Source: a virus (taxonomy: Duplodnaviria; Caudoviricetes). Taken from it: a stretch of DNA of 42,535 bases. Below the pieces are notes generated by a model. It was given only the letters and a program-made list of their open reading frames with translations. It made no database searches and was not told the origin of the DNA. The DNA lies in IMG/VR virus record IMGVR_UViG_3300043409_001137, positions 1-42,535 of that record. One strand, given 5' to 3'. The first letter of the stretch is position 1. Each line of letters opens with the position of its first letter. A program made the position numbers and the translations under genes. This document shows, piece by piece, positions 25,244 to 34,496 of this stretch.

Positions 25244-28200
25244 ATGGCTAAGGCACCCAGCACCGAGCAGATGAGCGCCGAGCTGCGCGAGAAGGGCCGG
25301 CAGGCGTTCCTGGAACCGAGCAAGGTCAAGGACGTGCTGTACCACGGGTCGCTCAACGACATCAACGAGTTCAAGCCGGGCGCCAAGGGCCTGCTCGGCC
25401 CGGGCGTGTACCTGACACCCCACGCAAAAGCGGCGAGCGGGTACGCGAGCTTCCGGGGCAGGATCAAGGGCGACGCTACCGGCGCCAACGTCGTGCCGGT
25501 GCACGCCCAGATCAAGAACCCGTACTACTTCGACAACGATCCGCTGGTGCCAATGACGAGCGAGCACGTTGAGAGACTGAAGGCGCTCGGGCACGACGCG
25601 GCGATACTGCGGGACACGGAAGGCAACATCAATCAGGTGAACGTGTTCCACCCGCACCAGATCAAGTCGGCAATCGGCAACCGTGGCACGTACGACACGA
25701 CGAACCCAGACATCACCAAGGCCCAAGGAGGCGCTGTGCACCCCACCATCAACCAAATGCGGCAGGCTGTTGCTGCGCGACAAGCAATGCCAAGGTTGGC
25801 TGGCGGCGGCGAGCCGCCCGCTACCCCGCACCCAGGCTATCTGCCCACCGACAACCCCAAGCGGGTATTGATGCCGGCGGAGGGCCCCGGGGGCATCAAG
25901 GGTATCGTCCAACCCAGCCACATGTGGTTGGGCGGAAAACTCCCGGGGGGTAGCCGGTTGGCGGGGATGGGGGAGATCAACGAGGCGCGAGCCTCGGTGT
26001 ACGGGGGCGAACAACGCCCGCCCTTGAAGATCGGGCAGGTAGGCGCATTGCACAAGCGCATACTGGATGCGCACTTCCAGAAGCCGATAACGCAACAGCT
26101 CGCCGATGAGAGCTCGGCGCTGGAGAAGCTCAAAGCGGCCAAGCACATCAGCGGCAACGCGAACACGTTGGACAAGAGCGAGAAGCTCGACACCGTCAAC
26201 CACGAAACCGATTCGGAAGGCCGGCACTACACCGGCATCGCATCCAAAGGCGTGGCGGGGCACTCGCTGTACACGTCGGGCCATGGCGCCGAGCAAAAGC
26301 GCCACGTCATCAACACATGCCCAGGCCAGACCGTAGGCTGCGGGGGCGGTGTCGATGCCAACGGCATTGTGGACACGAGCAAAGGGATTTGCTTTGCGCC
26401 CAATGCGGAAGCACAGTACGCCGGCGCGGCCATCCGGCGGGCGTGCCATGAACAGGCCAAGCACGATCCTGCAATGTCATCCGATTGGATCCTGGCGCAC
26501 ACCGGATCGCTGCGTGGCGTGGCGAACGCGGCGGACAAGCAGAACAAGGTCACGCTGTTCAGGCCCAACGTGGTGGACGAGACCGACGTCTCTTCGCGCC
26601 ATGTGCTGCGCCACCTGAACAAGCAACGCAGGGCGGAAGGCAAGCCTGGGATGATTGCCAACTCCTACGGCAAGACCAACGAGCTGCACGACCCCGAGAA
26701 CGGGTACTACGTCACGCATTCCAATGTCGGGCCAAAGACCAAGCTGGGCACGTCCATCGAGGACCACATTGCCCGAGACAAGCAGCGGGTGCGCAACACC
26801 ATCACCGCCACCGACGCCAGTGGCCGAGACTTCACCAATGACGACGGCAACCCAACGCCACCCAAGAACGCCTACGCGGTAACGGACGTCAAGCGGCACT
26901 CGCCGTTCGATCAACGGATGCAGAAGACGATCACGCACGCCAAGTACTGGGGCGTGGGCAAGCACGTAGAAGAGCTGACGCCTGCCGAGAAAGCCGAGGG
27001 GCCAGAAGGGCACTTCAATGGCGCAGGCAAGCCGGTGTCGGAAGACGCTGCGCACTACGGGCACACGACAGTCAACGACCACCGCTACGACTACCAGAAA
27101 CAGCACATACTGCATCCGCGCCTTGTGCAAGTTGGGAAGAATATCGACGGCACGCCGCACATGATCCCTACCGATTCTCGGTTCAAGGACGACGATTTTC
27201 TGCCCAAGAATCGGTTCAAGACCAAGAACGGTAAGCAAGCCGGCGCAATCATCCTGACTACGCCTACGGAATCAACCAGCAACCTACAGCACCAAGCGTC
27301 TTTTACCCATCACGTAGGGGAAGAAGACATAGCGCATGCGCAAGCGCGCAAAGGTGAGTATGAGATTGACGCACCGGCCAAGCAAGAAGCCAGTCGGGGC
27401 AAAGAGTATGTCCAACCCAAGGGCATCAAATTCTTTGCGCATGGCGGTTCGGTGCACATCACCGGGGGGCGGCACGAAGGGTTGGAGCATGATGATTTCT
27501 CGGCATTCCCCGAGAGAAATTTTGCGGCCCAATGGCACCACTCAAAGCGTGTAGGCATTGAAGACATATCGGAAATGCCGCATGGGCACCTGCCTAAGCG
27601 CCAGCATGCGCCAGTTGTACGGGCCAAGGCAGGCGGCCCCATAGGCTCTGTCTCCATGGACGAGATGCTGGCGCACACCACGTTGGGCAGGAAAATGCCC
27701 AACGTCAGAAACATCGGCGCGGACGAGGCGCCGGACATGAAGGTCAAGCAGTACATCCCGCCGGGTCCGGGCAAGGGCATCGACCTGCCTGCCGGTGGCG
27801 TTGACTTCCAGCCGGAAATGCCGGGGCACCAGCTCACGCAGGCAACGCCCGCCGGCCCTGGCGGCCTCGCTATGGCGGGAATGCCACCAGGAATGCCAGG
27901 GATGCCGCCGGGGATGCCGCCAGGCGGCCCTGGAATGCCCCCAGGCGGCCCTGGCCCGGGCATGCCGGGTATGCCACCGCCGCTGCCCAGGAACCAGCCA
28001 GGGATGCCCACCGGCAAGCCTGCCGGCCTGGAGCCGCCGAACATCCCGCCGCCCAAGCAGAAGCCCACCGGCAGCAACATCCTGACAATGACGCCGCAGG
28101 GGCAGGCGTTGGCGGCACTCGGGCCAATGCGCAAGATGGCCGATGGTGGTGGTGTCAAGCGCAAGGTCGAGGTCAGGCCCACGGTGAAGGACGAGACCCT

Positions 28201-28930
28201 GCAGCGCAAGATCCCCGAGATGGAAACCGCAGTGAAGGCGCTGCACGCGGGGGTAATCGACCACGCCGAGTACGACCGCATCGTGTTGAAGCACAAGCCG
28301 GTCAAGCCCTACGACTTCGTGCCGCAACCGGCCAGCAACGAAGACGCGGCGCGCGCGCTGAAAGATACCCAGAAGCCACACTGGCGCGGCGCAGAACAGT
28401 GGCCTGCGGGCCGCAAGGTTGGCCTGCGCCTGGACATCCCGGCCTACGAGCGCCACGGGGTTTGGGTCAACTCAATCCACGACGAAGAGGGCAAGGAAGG
28501 CGACAAGTTCAACACGTCCTACGGGCCGGTGTCGTCGGTCAAGAATGCCGTGTTTGACCCCAAGCCAGAAAAAGCGGAAAGAGTTGCCACCGGTGAACAG
28601 GATAAGTCACCGTTTGCGCGCATCAAAGGTGAATTACACCCCATAAGCGAAAACGACGCCGTCAAGCTCATGCAGGAGCACCTGCACCACCCCGACTGGG
28701 CCCAGGTGGGTATGGACCCCCGCCGGCACGGGTTCTTCTACGACCGCAAGACCCTGCAACCGGTGACCCACTCCGAACACGTTGTGCAGATCGGCCCGCT
28801 GGTACTGGCAAAGAAACCAAAGTACGGCAAACGCGAAACTTACTCACATGGTGGCGGAGTTACACTCCCGCCATCGACCGAGCAAATGCGGCAGGCCCTG
28901 AGTGCACGACGCTCAAACTCGAAGGCATAG
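25244..28930 (+). CDS. Large multidomain (polyvalent-like) protein: ADP-ribosyltransferase-like N-terminal domain, Cys-containing central domain, Pro/Gly/Met linker, C-terminal domain
   Basis: LYHGS...GPGVYLT...GANVVPV...VFHPHQIKSAIGNRGTYD resembles the ART-PolyVal pattern; TCPGQTVGC...CFA...RPNVVD is GP88-like (weak); 1228-aa open frame between terL and portal. Confidence 0.7.
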   Translation: MAKAPSTEQMSAELREKGRQAFLEPSKVKDVLYHGSLNDINEFKPGAKGLLGPGVYLTPHAKAASGYASFRGRIKGDATGANVVPVHAQIKNPYYFDNDPLVPMTSEHVERLKALGHDAAILRDTEGNINQVNVFHPHQIKSAIGNRGTYDTTNPDITKAQGGAVHPTINQMRQAVAARQAMPRLAGGGEPPATPHPGYLPTDNPKRVLMPAEGPGGIKGIVQPSHMWLGGKLPGGSRLAGMGEINEARASVYGGEQRPPLKIGQVGALHKRILDAHFQKPITQQLADESSALEKLKAAKHISGNANTLDKSEKLDTVNHETDSEGRHYTGIASKGVAGHSLYTSGHGAEQKRHVINTCPGQTVGCGGGVDANGIVDTSKGICFAPNAEAQYAGAAIRRACHEQAKHDPAMSSDWILAHTGSLRGVANAADKQNKVTLFRPNVVDETDVSSRHVLRHLNKQRRAEGKPGMIANSYGKTNELHDPENGYYVTHSNVGPKTKLGTSIEDHIARDKQRVRNTITATDASGRDFTNDDGNPTPPKNAYAVTDVKRHSPFDQRMQKTITHAKYWGVGKHVEELTPAEKAEGPEGHFNGAGKPVSEDAAHYGHTTVNDHRYDYQKQHILHPRLVQVGKNIDGTPHMIPTDSRFKDDDFLPKNRFKTKNGKQAGAIILTTPTESTSNLQHQASFTHHVGEEDIAHAQARKGEYEIDAPAKQEASRGKEYVQPKGIKFFAHGGSVHITGGRHEGLEHDDFSAFPERNFAAQWHHSKRVGIEDISEMPHGHLPKRQHAPVVRAKAGGPIGSVSMDEMLAHTTLGRKMPNVRNIGADEAPDMKVKQYIPPGPGKGIDLPAGGVDFQPEMPGHQLTQATPAGPGGLAMAGMPPGMPGMPPGMPPGGPGMPPGGPGPGMPGMPPPLPRNQPGMPTGKPAGLEPPNIPPPKQKPTGSNILTMTPQGQALAALGPMRKMADGGGVKRKVEVRPTVKDETLQRKIPEMETAVKALHAGVIDHAEYDRIVLKHKPVKPYDFVPQPASNEDAARALKDTQKPHWRGAEQWPAGRKVGLRLDIPAYERHGVWVNSIHDEEGKEGDKFNTSYGPVSSVKNAVFDPKPEKAERVATGEQDKSPFARIKGELHPISENDAVKLMQEHLHHPDWAQVGMDPRRHGFFYDRKTLQPVTHSEHVVQIGPLVLAKKPKYGKRETYSHGGGVTLPPSTEQMRQALSARRSNSKA
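27873..28030 (+). repeat. Low-complexity GMPP/GMPG repeat linker
   Basis: GMPPGMPGMPPGMPPGGPGMPPGGPGPGMPGMPPP. Confidence 0.85.
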
Positions 28931-28931
28931 T

Positions 28932-31547
28932 ATGAACAGAGATACCCGCGACGAAGACCTGGACGAGAATGACGACGGGTCGGTGGACGTAGACCTGCCG
29001 GACGATACCGCCGACATAATGGAAATGCCGGACGGCTCGGCTGTTGTCACCATGGAGACAGTCGGCCCCGAGGAGTCGCGCGACTTCTACGCCAACATGG
29101 CCGAGACGATGGAGACCTACGAGCTTGACCGGCTCGCCATGCGCTACATCGACTTGCTGGAGAAGGACAAGAATGCGCGTGAGGACCGGGACAAGCAGTA
29201 CGAGGAGGGAATTCGGCGTACTGGCCTGGGCAAGGACGCACCCGGTGGTGCCAACTTCATGGGCGCCAGCCGCGCGGTGCACCCGATCATGGCCGAGGGC
29301 TGCGTGGACTTTGCATCACGCGCTATCAAGGAGATGTTTCCGCCTGACGGCCCTGTCAGAACCAAGATCATCGGCGAGGTCGATGACTTGAAGCAGCAGC
29401 GCGCCGAGCGCAAGCGGGACTTCCTGAACTGGCAGATCACCGAGCAGATCGAGGAGTTCCGGGACGAGCAAGAGCAGATGCTCACCCAGCTCCCGCTGGG
29501 CGGCTCGCAGTACCTCAAGGTTTGGTACGACGAGCAACAGAAGCGCCCAACAATCGAGTTCCTGCCAATCGACCGGATCATCCTGCCGTTCGCCGCGTCC
29601 AACTTCTACGCGGCGCAGCGCGCTGCCGAGGTCCACGAGATCACCGAGTGGGAGTACAAGCGGCGCGTCAGCAACGGCATGTACATCGACGGGTTCTCGT
29701 TCACGTCGTCCATCGAGCCCGAGCAGACCAAGGCGCAGAAGGCCAACGACAAGATCGAGGGCAAGGCGTTCCAGGACAACGAGGACGGCCTGCGCAAGGT
29801 CTTCCACATCTACACCTACCTCGAATTCGACGACGACAAGCACAGCGACGGTGAGATGGCCCCGTACATCATGATGGTGGACGAGCAGTCCAGCAAGGTG
29901 ATCGGCCTGTACCGCAACTGGGAGGACGGCGACGACACGATGACCAAGCTCGACTGGATCGTCGAGTTCAAGTTCATCCCCTGGCGTGGTGCATTCGCAA
30001 TCGGCCTGCCCCACCTGATCGGCGGGTTGTCGGCGGCGCTCACCGGCGCGCTGCGCGCGCTGCTCGACTCGGCGCACATCAACAACGCCGCGACGATGCT
30101 CAAGCTCAAGGGCGCCAAGCTCTCGGGCCAGACCCAGCAGGTCGAGGTCACCCAGGTCGCCGAGATTGAGGGCGCGCCGGGCGTGGACGACATCCGCAAG
30201 ATCGCGATGCCCATGCCGTTCAACCCGCCGTCACCGGTGCTCTTCCAGCTCCTGGGCTGGCTCAGTACCGCCGCCAAGGGGGTGGTGACCACCAGCGAGG
30301 AGAAGATCGCTGACGTCACGTCCAACGCGCCGGTGGGCACCACCCAGGCGCTGATCGAGCAGGGCGCGGCGGTCTACTCCGCCATCCACGCCCGCCTGCA
30401 CAAGTCGCAGGAGCGGCTGATCAAGATCCTGTGCCGCCTGAACCGGTGGCACTTCGACGAGATGCGCAAGGGCGACATCGTCGAGGACATGAACATCCAG
30501 CGCGACGACTTCAACCGCAACACCGACGTCATCCCCGTCAGCGACCCGCACATCTTCAGCGAGACGCAGCGCATGGCGCAGATGCAGTCGGTGCTGCAGC
30601 GGTCGGACAAGAACCCGGACCTGTACGACGCGAAAGCGGTGGAGGAGCGGTTTCTCAAGCAGCTCAAGATCCCCAACGTCAGCGAGCTCTTGCGCAACGT
30701 GCCGGCACCGGAGCAGCGCACCCTGGCGGACGAGAACGCGGCCATGTCAATCGGCCAGCCGGCGTACGCCTACCTGCAGCAGGACCACATCTCCCACATC
30801 CAGGGCCACCTGATGTTCGGCCTGGACCCGTCGTTCGGGTCGAACCCGTTCATCGCGCCGCAGTTCACGCACAACGCGATCGAGCACATCAAGCAGCACA
30901 TGACGCTCTGGTACCTGAACCGCATGAATGGTTACGTGGCGAACCTGCGCGGCGGCAAGCCGGTGGCGAACTACGACAACCCCAAGCTGACCGCGATCAT
31001 CGACCAGCTCTACGCGAGCGTTGGGCAGCACGTCGCGCTCGACAGCAAGGAGGTCTTCTCGCAGATCCTGCCGCAGATCCAGCAGCTCCAGCAGGTCGCC
31101 CAGCAGTACGCACCCGCCGCGGTCCTGCCGCCCGACGCCCAGGTGGTCAAGGACACCTCGATGGCCGAGACCAAGCGCAAGGAGGCCAAGGACCAGCAGG
31201 ACATGCAACTCGCCCAGGCCAAGCTGCAGTCAGACATGCAACGCGATCAGGCCGACACGCAGAACAAGGGCCAGCTCGAACAGGCCAAGGCCCAGGCCGA
31301 CGTCCAGCGGGCCCAGGCTCAGATGCAGATTGAAATGCAGCGCGAACAGGCCAAGGCCCAGGCCGACATGCAACGCGAGATGGCGCAGATCCAGGCCGAC
31401 ATGCAGCGCGAGCAGTTGCGCAGCGATACCCAGATCAAGATTGCCGAGATGCAGCGTGAGGCGCAGATAGCGATCGAGAACGCTAAGATACTGCACCAAA
31501 CAGTAGTAGCAACCCAACCCCAAGGAGTACCAAATGGCAACATCTGA
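28932..31547 (+). CDS. Portal protein (P22-like, long C-terminal coiled-coil barrel)
   Basis: Start ATG 28932; size and position after terL; HPIMAE..VDF, GLPHLIGG, APVGTT.ALIE motifs; Q/A-rich 11-residue repeats at the C-terminus. Confidence 0.88.
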   Translation: MNRDTRDEDLDENDDGSVDVDLPDDTADIMEMPDGSAVVTMETVGPEESRDFYANMAETMETYELDRLAMRYIDLLEKDKNAREDRDKQYEEGIRRTGLGKDAPGGANFMGASRAVHPIMAEGCVDFASRAIKEMFPPDGPVRTKIIGEVDDLKQQRAERKRDFLNWQITEQIEEFRDEQEQMLTQLPLGGSQYLKVWYDEQQKRPTIEFLPIDRIILPFAASNFYAAQRAAEVHEITEWEYKRRVSNGMYIDGFSFTSSIEPEQTKAQKANDKIEGKAFQDNEDGLRKVFHIYTYLEFDDDKHSDGEMAPYIMMVDEQSSKVIGLYRNWEDGDDTMTKLDWIVEFKFIPWRGAFAIGLPHLIGGLSAALTGALRALLDSAHINNAATMLKLKGAKLSGQTQQVEVTQVAEIEGAPGVDDIRKIAMPMPFNPPSPVLFQLLGWLSTAAKGVVTTSEEKIADVTSNAPVGTTQALIEQGAAVYSAIHARLHKSQERLIKILCRLNRWHFDEMRKGDIVEDMNIQRDDFNRNTDVIPVSDPHIFSETQRMAQMQSVLQRSDKNPDLYDAKAVEERFLKQLKIPNVSELLRNVPAPEQRTLADENAAMSIGQPAYAYLQQDHISHIQGHLMFGLDPSFGSNPFIAPQFTHNAIEHIKQHMTLWYLNRMNGYVANLRGGKPVANYDNPKLTAIIDQLYASVGQHVALDSKEVFSQILPQIQQLQQVAQQYAPAAVLPPDAQVVKDTSMAETKRKEAKDQQDMQLAQAKLQSDMQRDQADTQNKGQLEQAKAQADVQRAQAQMQIEMQREQAKAQADMQREMAQIQADMQREQLRSDTQIKIAEMQREAQIAIENAKILHQTVVATQPQGVPNGNI

Positions 31548-31695
31548 TCAAGAGCAGCAAAGTATCCTCGTGCCCATGCACAAGCGCATGGCGCAGGGCG
31601 CGAAACTCGACGGCACCAGCATGCAACCCAAGGGCGGCAGTAAAGCCCCGGCCAAACCCACCGGGGGCTTGAGCCACCTGAAGAAGCAGAAGTGA
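31534..31695 (+). CDS. Small basic hypothetical protein (53 aa; not in ORF track)
   Basis: AAGGAG RBS; MATSDQEQQ...LKKQK. Confidence 0.65.
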   Translation: MATSDQEQQSILVPMHKRMAQGAKLDGTSMQPKGGSKAPAKPTGGLSHLKKQK

Positions 31696-31865
31696 TTGGT
31701 GCGCTGATCCATGTGATCAAGGACCGGCAGGCGGCGCTCCGCCTGTCGCTTGCGCAGGGCCACGCCCCTAATTTTGAAACCTACCAGCGCCTTGTCGGTG
31801 AATACCAGGGCCTGCAGTGGATGTTGGATGCGATTGACGCGAAACTCGCGGAGCAAGACGAATAA
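31692..31865 (+). CDS. Small hypothetical protein upstream of groES (57 aa; not in ORF track)
   Basis: GTGA overlap; LAQG...FETYQRLVGEYQGL. Confidence 0.7.
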   Translation: MIGALIHVIKDRQAALRLSLAQGHAPNFETYQRLVGEYQGLQWMLDAIDAKLAEQDE

Positions 31866-31883
31866 GGCCATCTGGCCCCAAGT

Positions 31884-31924
31884 GCGCTGAAATATGCGCT
31901 GTCAAAACGCACTGAAATATGTGC
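31884..31924 (+). repeat. Two tandem mini-hairpins with identical TGAAATAT loop
   Basis: GCGC-TGAAATAT-GCGC (31884-31899) and GCAC-TGAAATAT-GTGC (31909-31924). Confidence 0.85.
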
Positions 31925-31940
31925 TTTGTGTGGAGTTTGT

Positions 31941-32396
31941 GTGGAAAACGTAGCGAAAATTCACCTTATCGAGGGTATTTCGAGGCCATCTGACGAGTCC
32001 GAGCTTGCTTGGTCTTTCCCAGACGTCGATCCGGGCCTTGCCCCGCTCGGCGGGCGCATTCTGGTGCAACTCAGGCGCACCAAGAAGCAAAAAGGCCGCA
32101 TTATCTTGGTCGAAGAGACCCGCGAGACCGAGAAATGGAACGGTCAGATCGCCAAAGTGGTCGCCATCGGCCCGTTGGCGTTCAAGAACCGCGACACCAT
32201 GGCCTCCTGGCCCGAGGGGAGCTGGACAGCGATCGGCGACTACATCCGCGTGCCCAAATGGGGCGGGGATCGGTGGGAACGCCCCGCGCCGGGCGACGAT
32301 CGTCACGAGGACCCGGTGCTGTTCATGGTGTTGAACGACCATGAGATCATCAGCAAGGTCACCTGTGACCCGTTGAGCTTCAAAGCCTTCGTTTAA
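31941..32396 (+). CDS. groES: GroES/Cpn10-like co-chaperonin
   Basis: PLGGRILV...GRIIL...KVVAIGP...GD...KWGG...LNDHEII; GTG start after GGAG. Confidence 0.85.
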   Translation: MENVAKIHLIEGISRPSDESELAWSFPDVDPGLAPLGGRILVQLRRTKKQKGRIILVEETRETEKWNGQIAKVVAIGPLAFKNRDTMASWPEGSWTAIGDYIRVPKWGGDRWERPAPGDDRHEDPVLFMVLNDHEIISKVTCDPLSFKAFV

Positions 32397-32406
32397 GGGG
32401 ACGACC

Positions 32407-33351
32407 ATGGCCGAAAAAGACAAGAACGAAGAAATAATGCACGTCGAAGAGGACACCGACGGCACCGCGACCGTTGAGCTCCCCGATAGTGTTGATTTCT
32501 CGCAGGGCGGCGATGCTGGTGAGCCTCGCCAAGCCGATGACGGCGACGTCGACCACCCGGACGACAGCGAGGCCGTCAGGGCCGCGCGCAGGGCACGCCG
32601 GCGCTCCAAGAAGGACCTGATCCGCAAGACGAACGAGGAGAAGGACGTCCGCCTCGGGATGCTGCAGCGTCAGAACGAGGAGCTGATGAACCGGCTCTCG
32701 AACGTCGAGCGCAAGACCCAGCAGCACGACCTGGGCCGGCTCGACAAGGCGATCGAGGACCAGGGCGTGCGGCTTGAGTACGCGAAGATGAAGTTGTCCG
32801 AGGCCACGGCCAACGGCAACGGCGATGACGCGGTGCAGGCGCAGGAACTGCTCTACGAGGCCCGTAAACAGCTCGACGAGCTCTCGGCAGTGAAGCGGCA
32901 GGCCAACCAGCCCCAGGCGCCCCAGCAGCGCCCTATCGACCCCGGGGTGCAACGCCACGCGGCCAAGTGGATTGACCGCAACGAGTGGTACAAGCCGGAC
33001 CTCTCCGACACCGACAGCAAGATTGCCAAGCAGGTCGACGAGTCCCTCGTCACCGACGGTTGGAACCCGGGGACAGCCGAGTATTGGGACGAACTTGACA
33101 GCCGCTTGCAAAAGTATCTGCCGCATCGTTACAATCGGGCCGAAGGGGGTGGATCCAGATCGCCCCGGAATGTCGTGGGAAGTGCAGGACGCGAGGCATC
33201 AGCCGCTTTTGGGGGCACGAACCGCACCTTTACGCTATCAGCCGAACAGGTTCGAGCGATGAAGGACGCGGGGATGTGGGAAGACCCTGCAAAGCGGGCC
33301 AGGATGGTCAAGCGTTACGCAACCGAATCACGAAACAACCGGGGGTATTGA
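32407..33351 (+). CDS. Capsid scaffolding protein (putative)
   Basis: Acidic N-terminus, long coiled coil, C-terminal LSAEQVRAMKDAG helix; lies upstream of capsid genes. Confidence 0.7.
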   Translation: MAEKDKNEEIMHVEEDTDGTATVELPDSVDFSQGGDAGEPRQADDGDVDHPDDSEAVRAARRARRRSKKDLIRKTNEEKDVRLGMLQRQNEELMNRLSNVERKTQQHDLGRLDKAIEDQGVRLEYAKMKLSEATANGNGDDAVQAQELLYEARKQLDELSAVKRQANQPQAPQQRPIDPGVQRHAAKWIDRNEWYKPDLSDTDSKIAKQVDESLVTDGWNPGTAEYWDELDSRLQKYLPHRYNRAEGGGSRSPRNVVGSAGREASAAFGGTNRTFTLSAEQVRAMKDAGMWEDPAKRARMVKRYATESRNNRGY

Positions 33352-33352
33352 A

Positions 33353-33901
33353 ATGGAATCACGTCTCAAAAAATCTTTGAATGCTGGTGGACGCGAAACT
33401 CGTGCGAACGAGGACGCAAGCCGGGCAGCACCAGAGGAGAAGTTTGCTTCTACGCAGGAACGTCGCAAGATGTGGAGCGAGGAGTGGACGCAATCAGCAC
33501 TGCCCAGACTGCCAGAACTGTCAGGTTGGCACCTTTGCTGGCTTTCAACCACCAACAGCTACGACTCCATCGACAAGAGAATCCGCCTCGGGTACGTTCC
33601 AGTTAAGTCTGAAGAGTTTCCCGGGTACGAAGACTATCGCGTCAAGGCAGGCGAGCACGTTGGGTACATCTCATGCAACGAGATGCTGCTGTTCAAGTTG
33701 CCGATGGATGTTTTCCAGGAAGTGATGACGGTCATGCACCATGAGCGCCCTCAAGAGGAAGCGGACAAAATCCGACTCCAGATGGAGAACCTGCAGAACG
33801 CACGCGACAGCAACGGTCGAGCTCTGATGTCCCCGGTTGAGGGTGAAGGATCAAGCAACCCTGACAGGCAACCAAATCGCACGCCGGTGTTTGCCGGCTA
33901 A
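33353..33901 (+). CDS. Hypothetical head-module protein (182 aa)
   Basis: Coupled to the scaffold gene; GWHLCWLS...RLGYVPV...LLFKLP. Confidence 0.7.
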   Translation: MESRLKKSLNAGGRETRANEDASRAAPEEKFASTQERRKMWSEEWTQSALPRLPELSGWHLCWLSTTNSYDSIDKRIRLGYVPVKSEEFPGYEDYRVKAGEHVGYISCNEMLLFKLPMDVFQEVMTVMHHERPQEEADKIRLQMENLQNARDSNGRALMSPVEGEGSSNPDRQPNRTPVFAG

Positions 33902-33915
33902 CAAGGAGTACGAAT

Positions 33916-34485
33916 ATGTCAGCGACATCAGCTCCGTTCGGCTTTCGCCCCGCTTACCACCCGACAGGGTTGGACCGAGCGACGGTGTTGGCAAACGGTA
34001 TCGCCAGTGCTTATAACACCGGCATCCTCAAGGGCCAGCCAGTCGCTCTTGACACCAACGGCAACATCGTCATTGCCACGGCAGGCTCCGCCTTCATTGG
34101 CGTGTTTGCTGGTGTCGAGTACACCGACCCGTCGGGCCGTCGTCAGATCAACAACCAGTGGCCCGCGAACACCGCGTACCAAACTGGCTCTTGCCTCGCC
34201 TACTTCTACCAAGAACAGACGATCGTGTACGAAGTGCAGTCGAACGCCACCCTGGCGCAGACTTCCATCGGTGACCAAGCCAACATGGCAAGCGCCACAG
34301 CCGGTAGCACGACCACCGGCCTGTCGCAAGCAATGTTGGGCACCGTTGTTGGAGCGAGCTCGCAAGGCGACTTCCGCATCATCGACATCGCACCCTACAT
34401 CGACAATGAGTGGGGCGATCCTTTTGTGATTGTGCGCGTGCAGATCAGCCGCCATCAGTACACAGCTAACATCGTCGCCATCTAA
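33916..34485 (+). CDS. Putative capsid decoration/cement protein (189 aa)
   Basis: AAGGAG RBS; APFGFRP N-terminus, beta-rich; immediately upstream of the major capsid gene. Confidence 0.65.
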   Translation: MSATSAPFGFRPAYHPTGLDRATVLANGIASAYNTGILKGQPVALDTNGNIVIATAGSAFIGVFAGVEYTDPSGRRQINNQWPANTAYQTGSCLAYFYQEQTIVYEVQSNATLAQTSIGDQANMASATAGSTTTGLSQAMLGTVVGASSQGDFRIIDIAPYIDNEWGDPFVIVRVQISRHQYTANIVAI

Positions 34486-34496
34486 GGAGTCCAATC

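Noticed and set aside
20169-32627. Long - strand ORFs (20169..21383, 23864..24907, 24947..26464, 27310..28305, 31902..32627)
   Set aside because: Antisense shadows of well-supported + strand genes.
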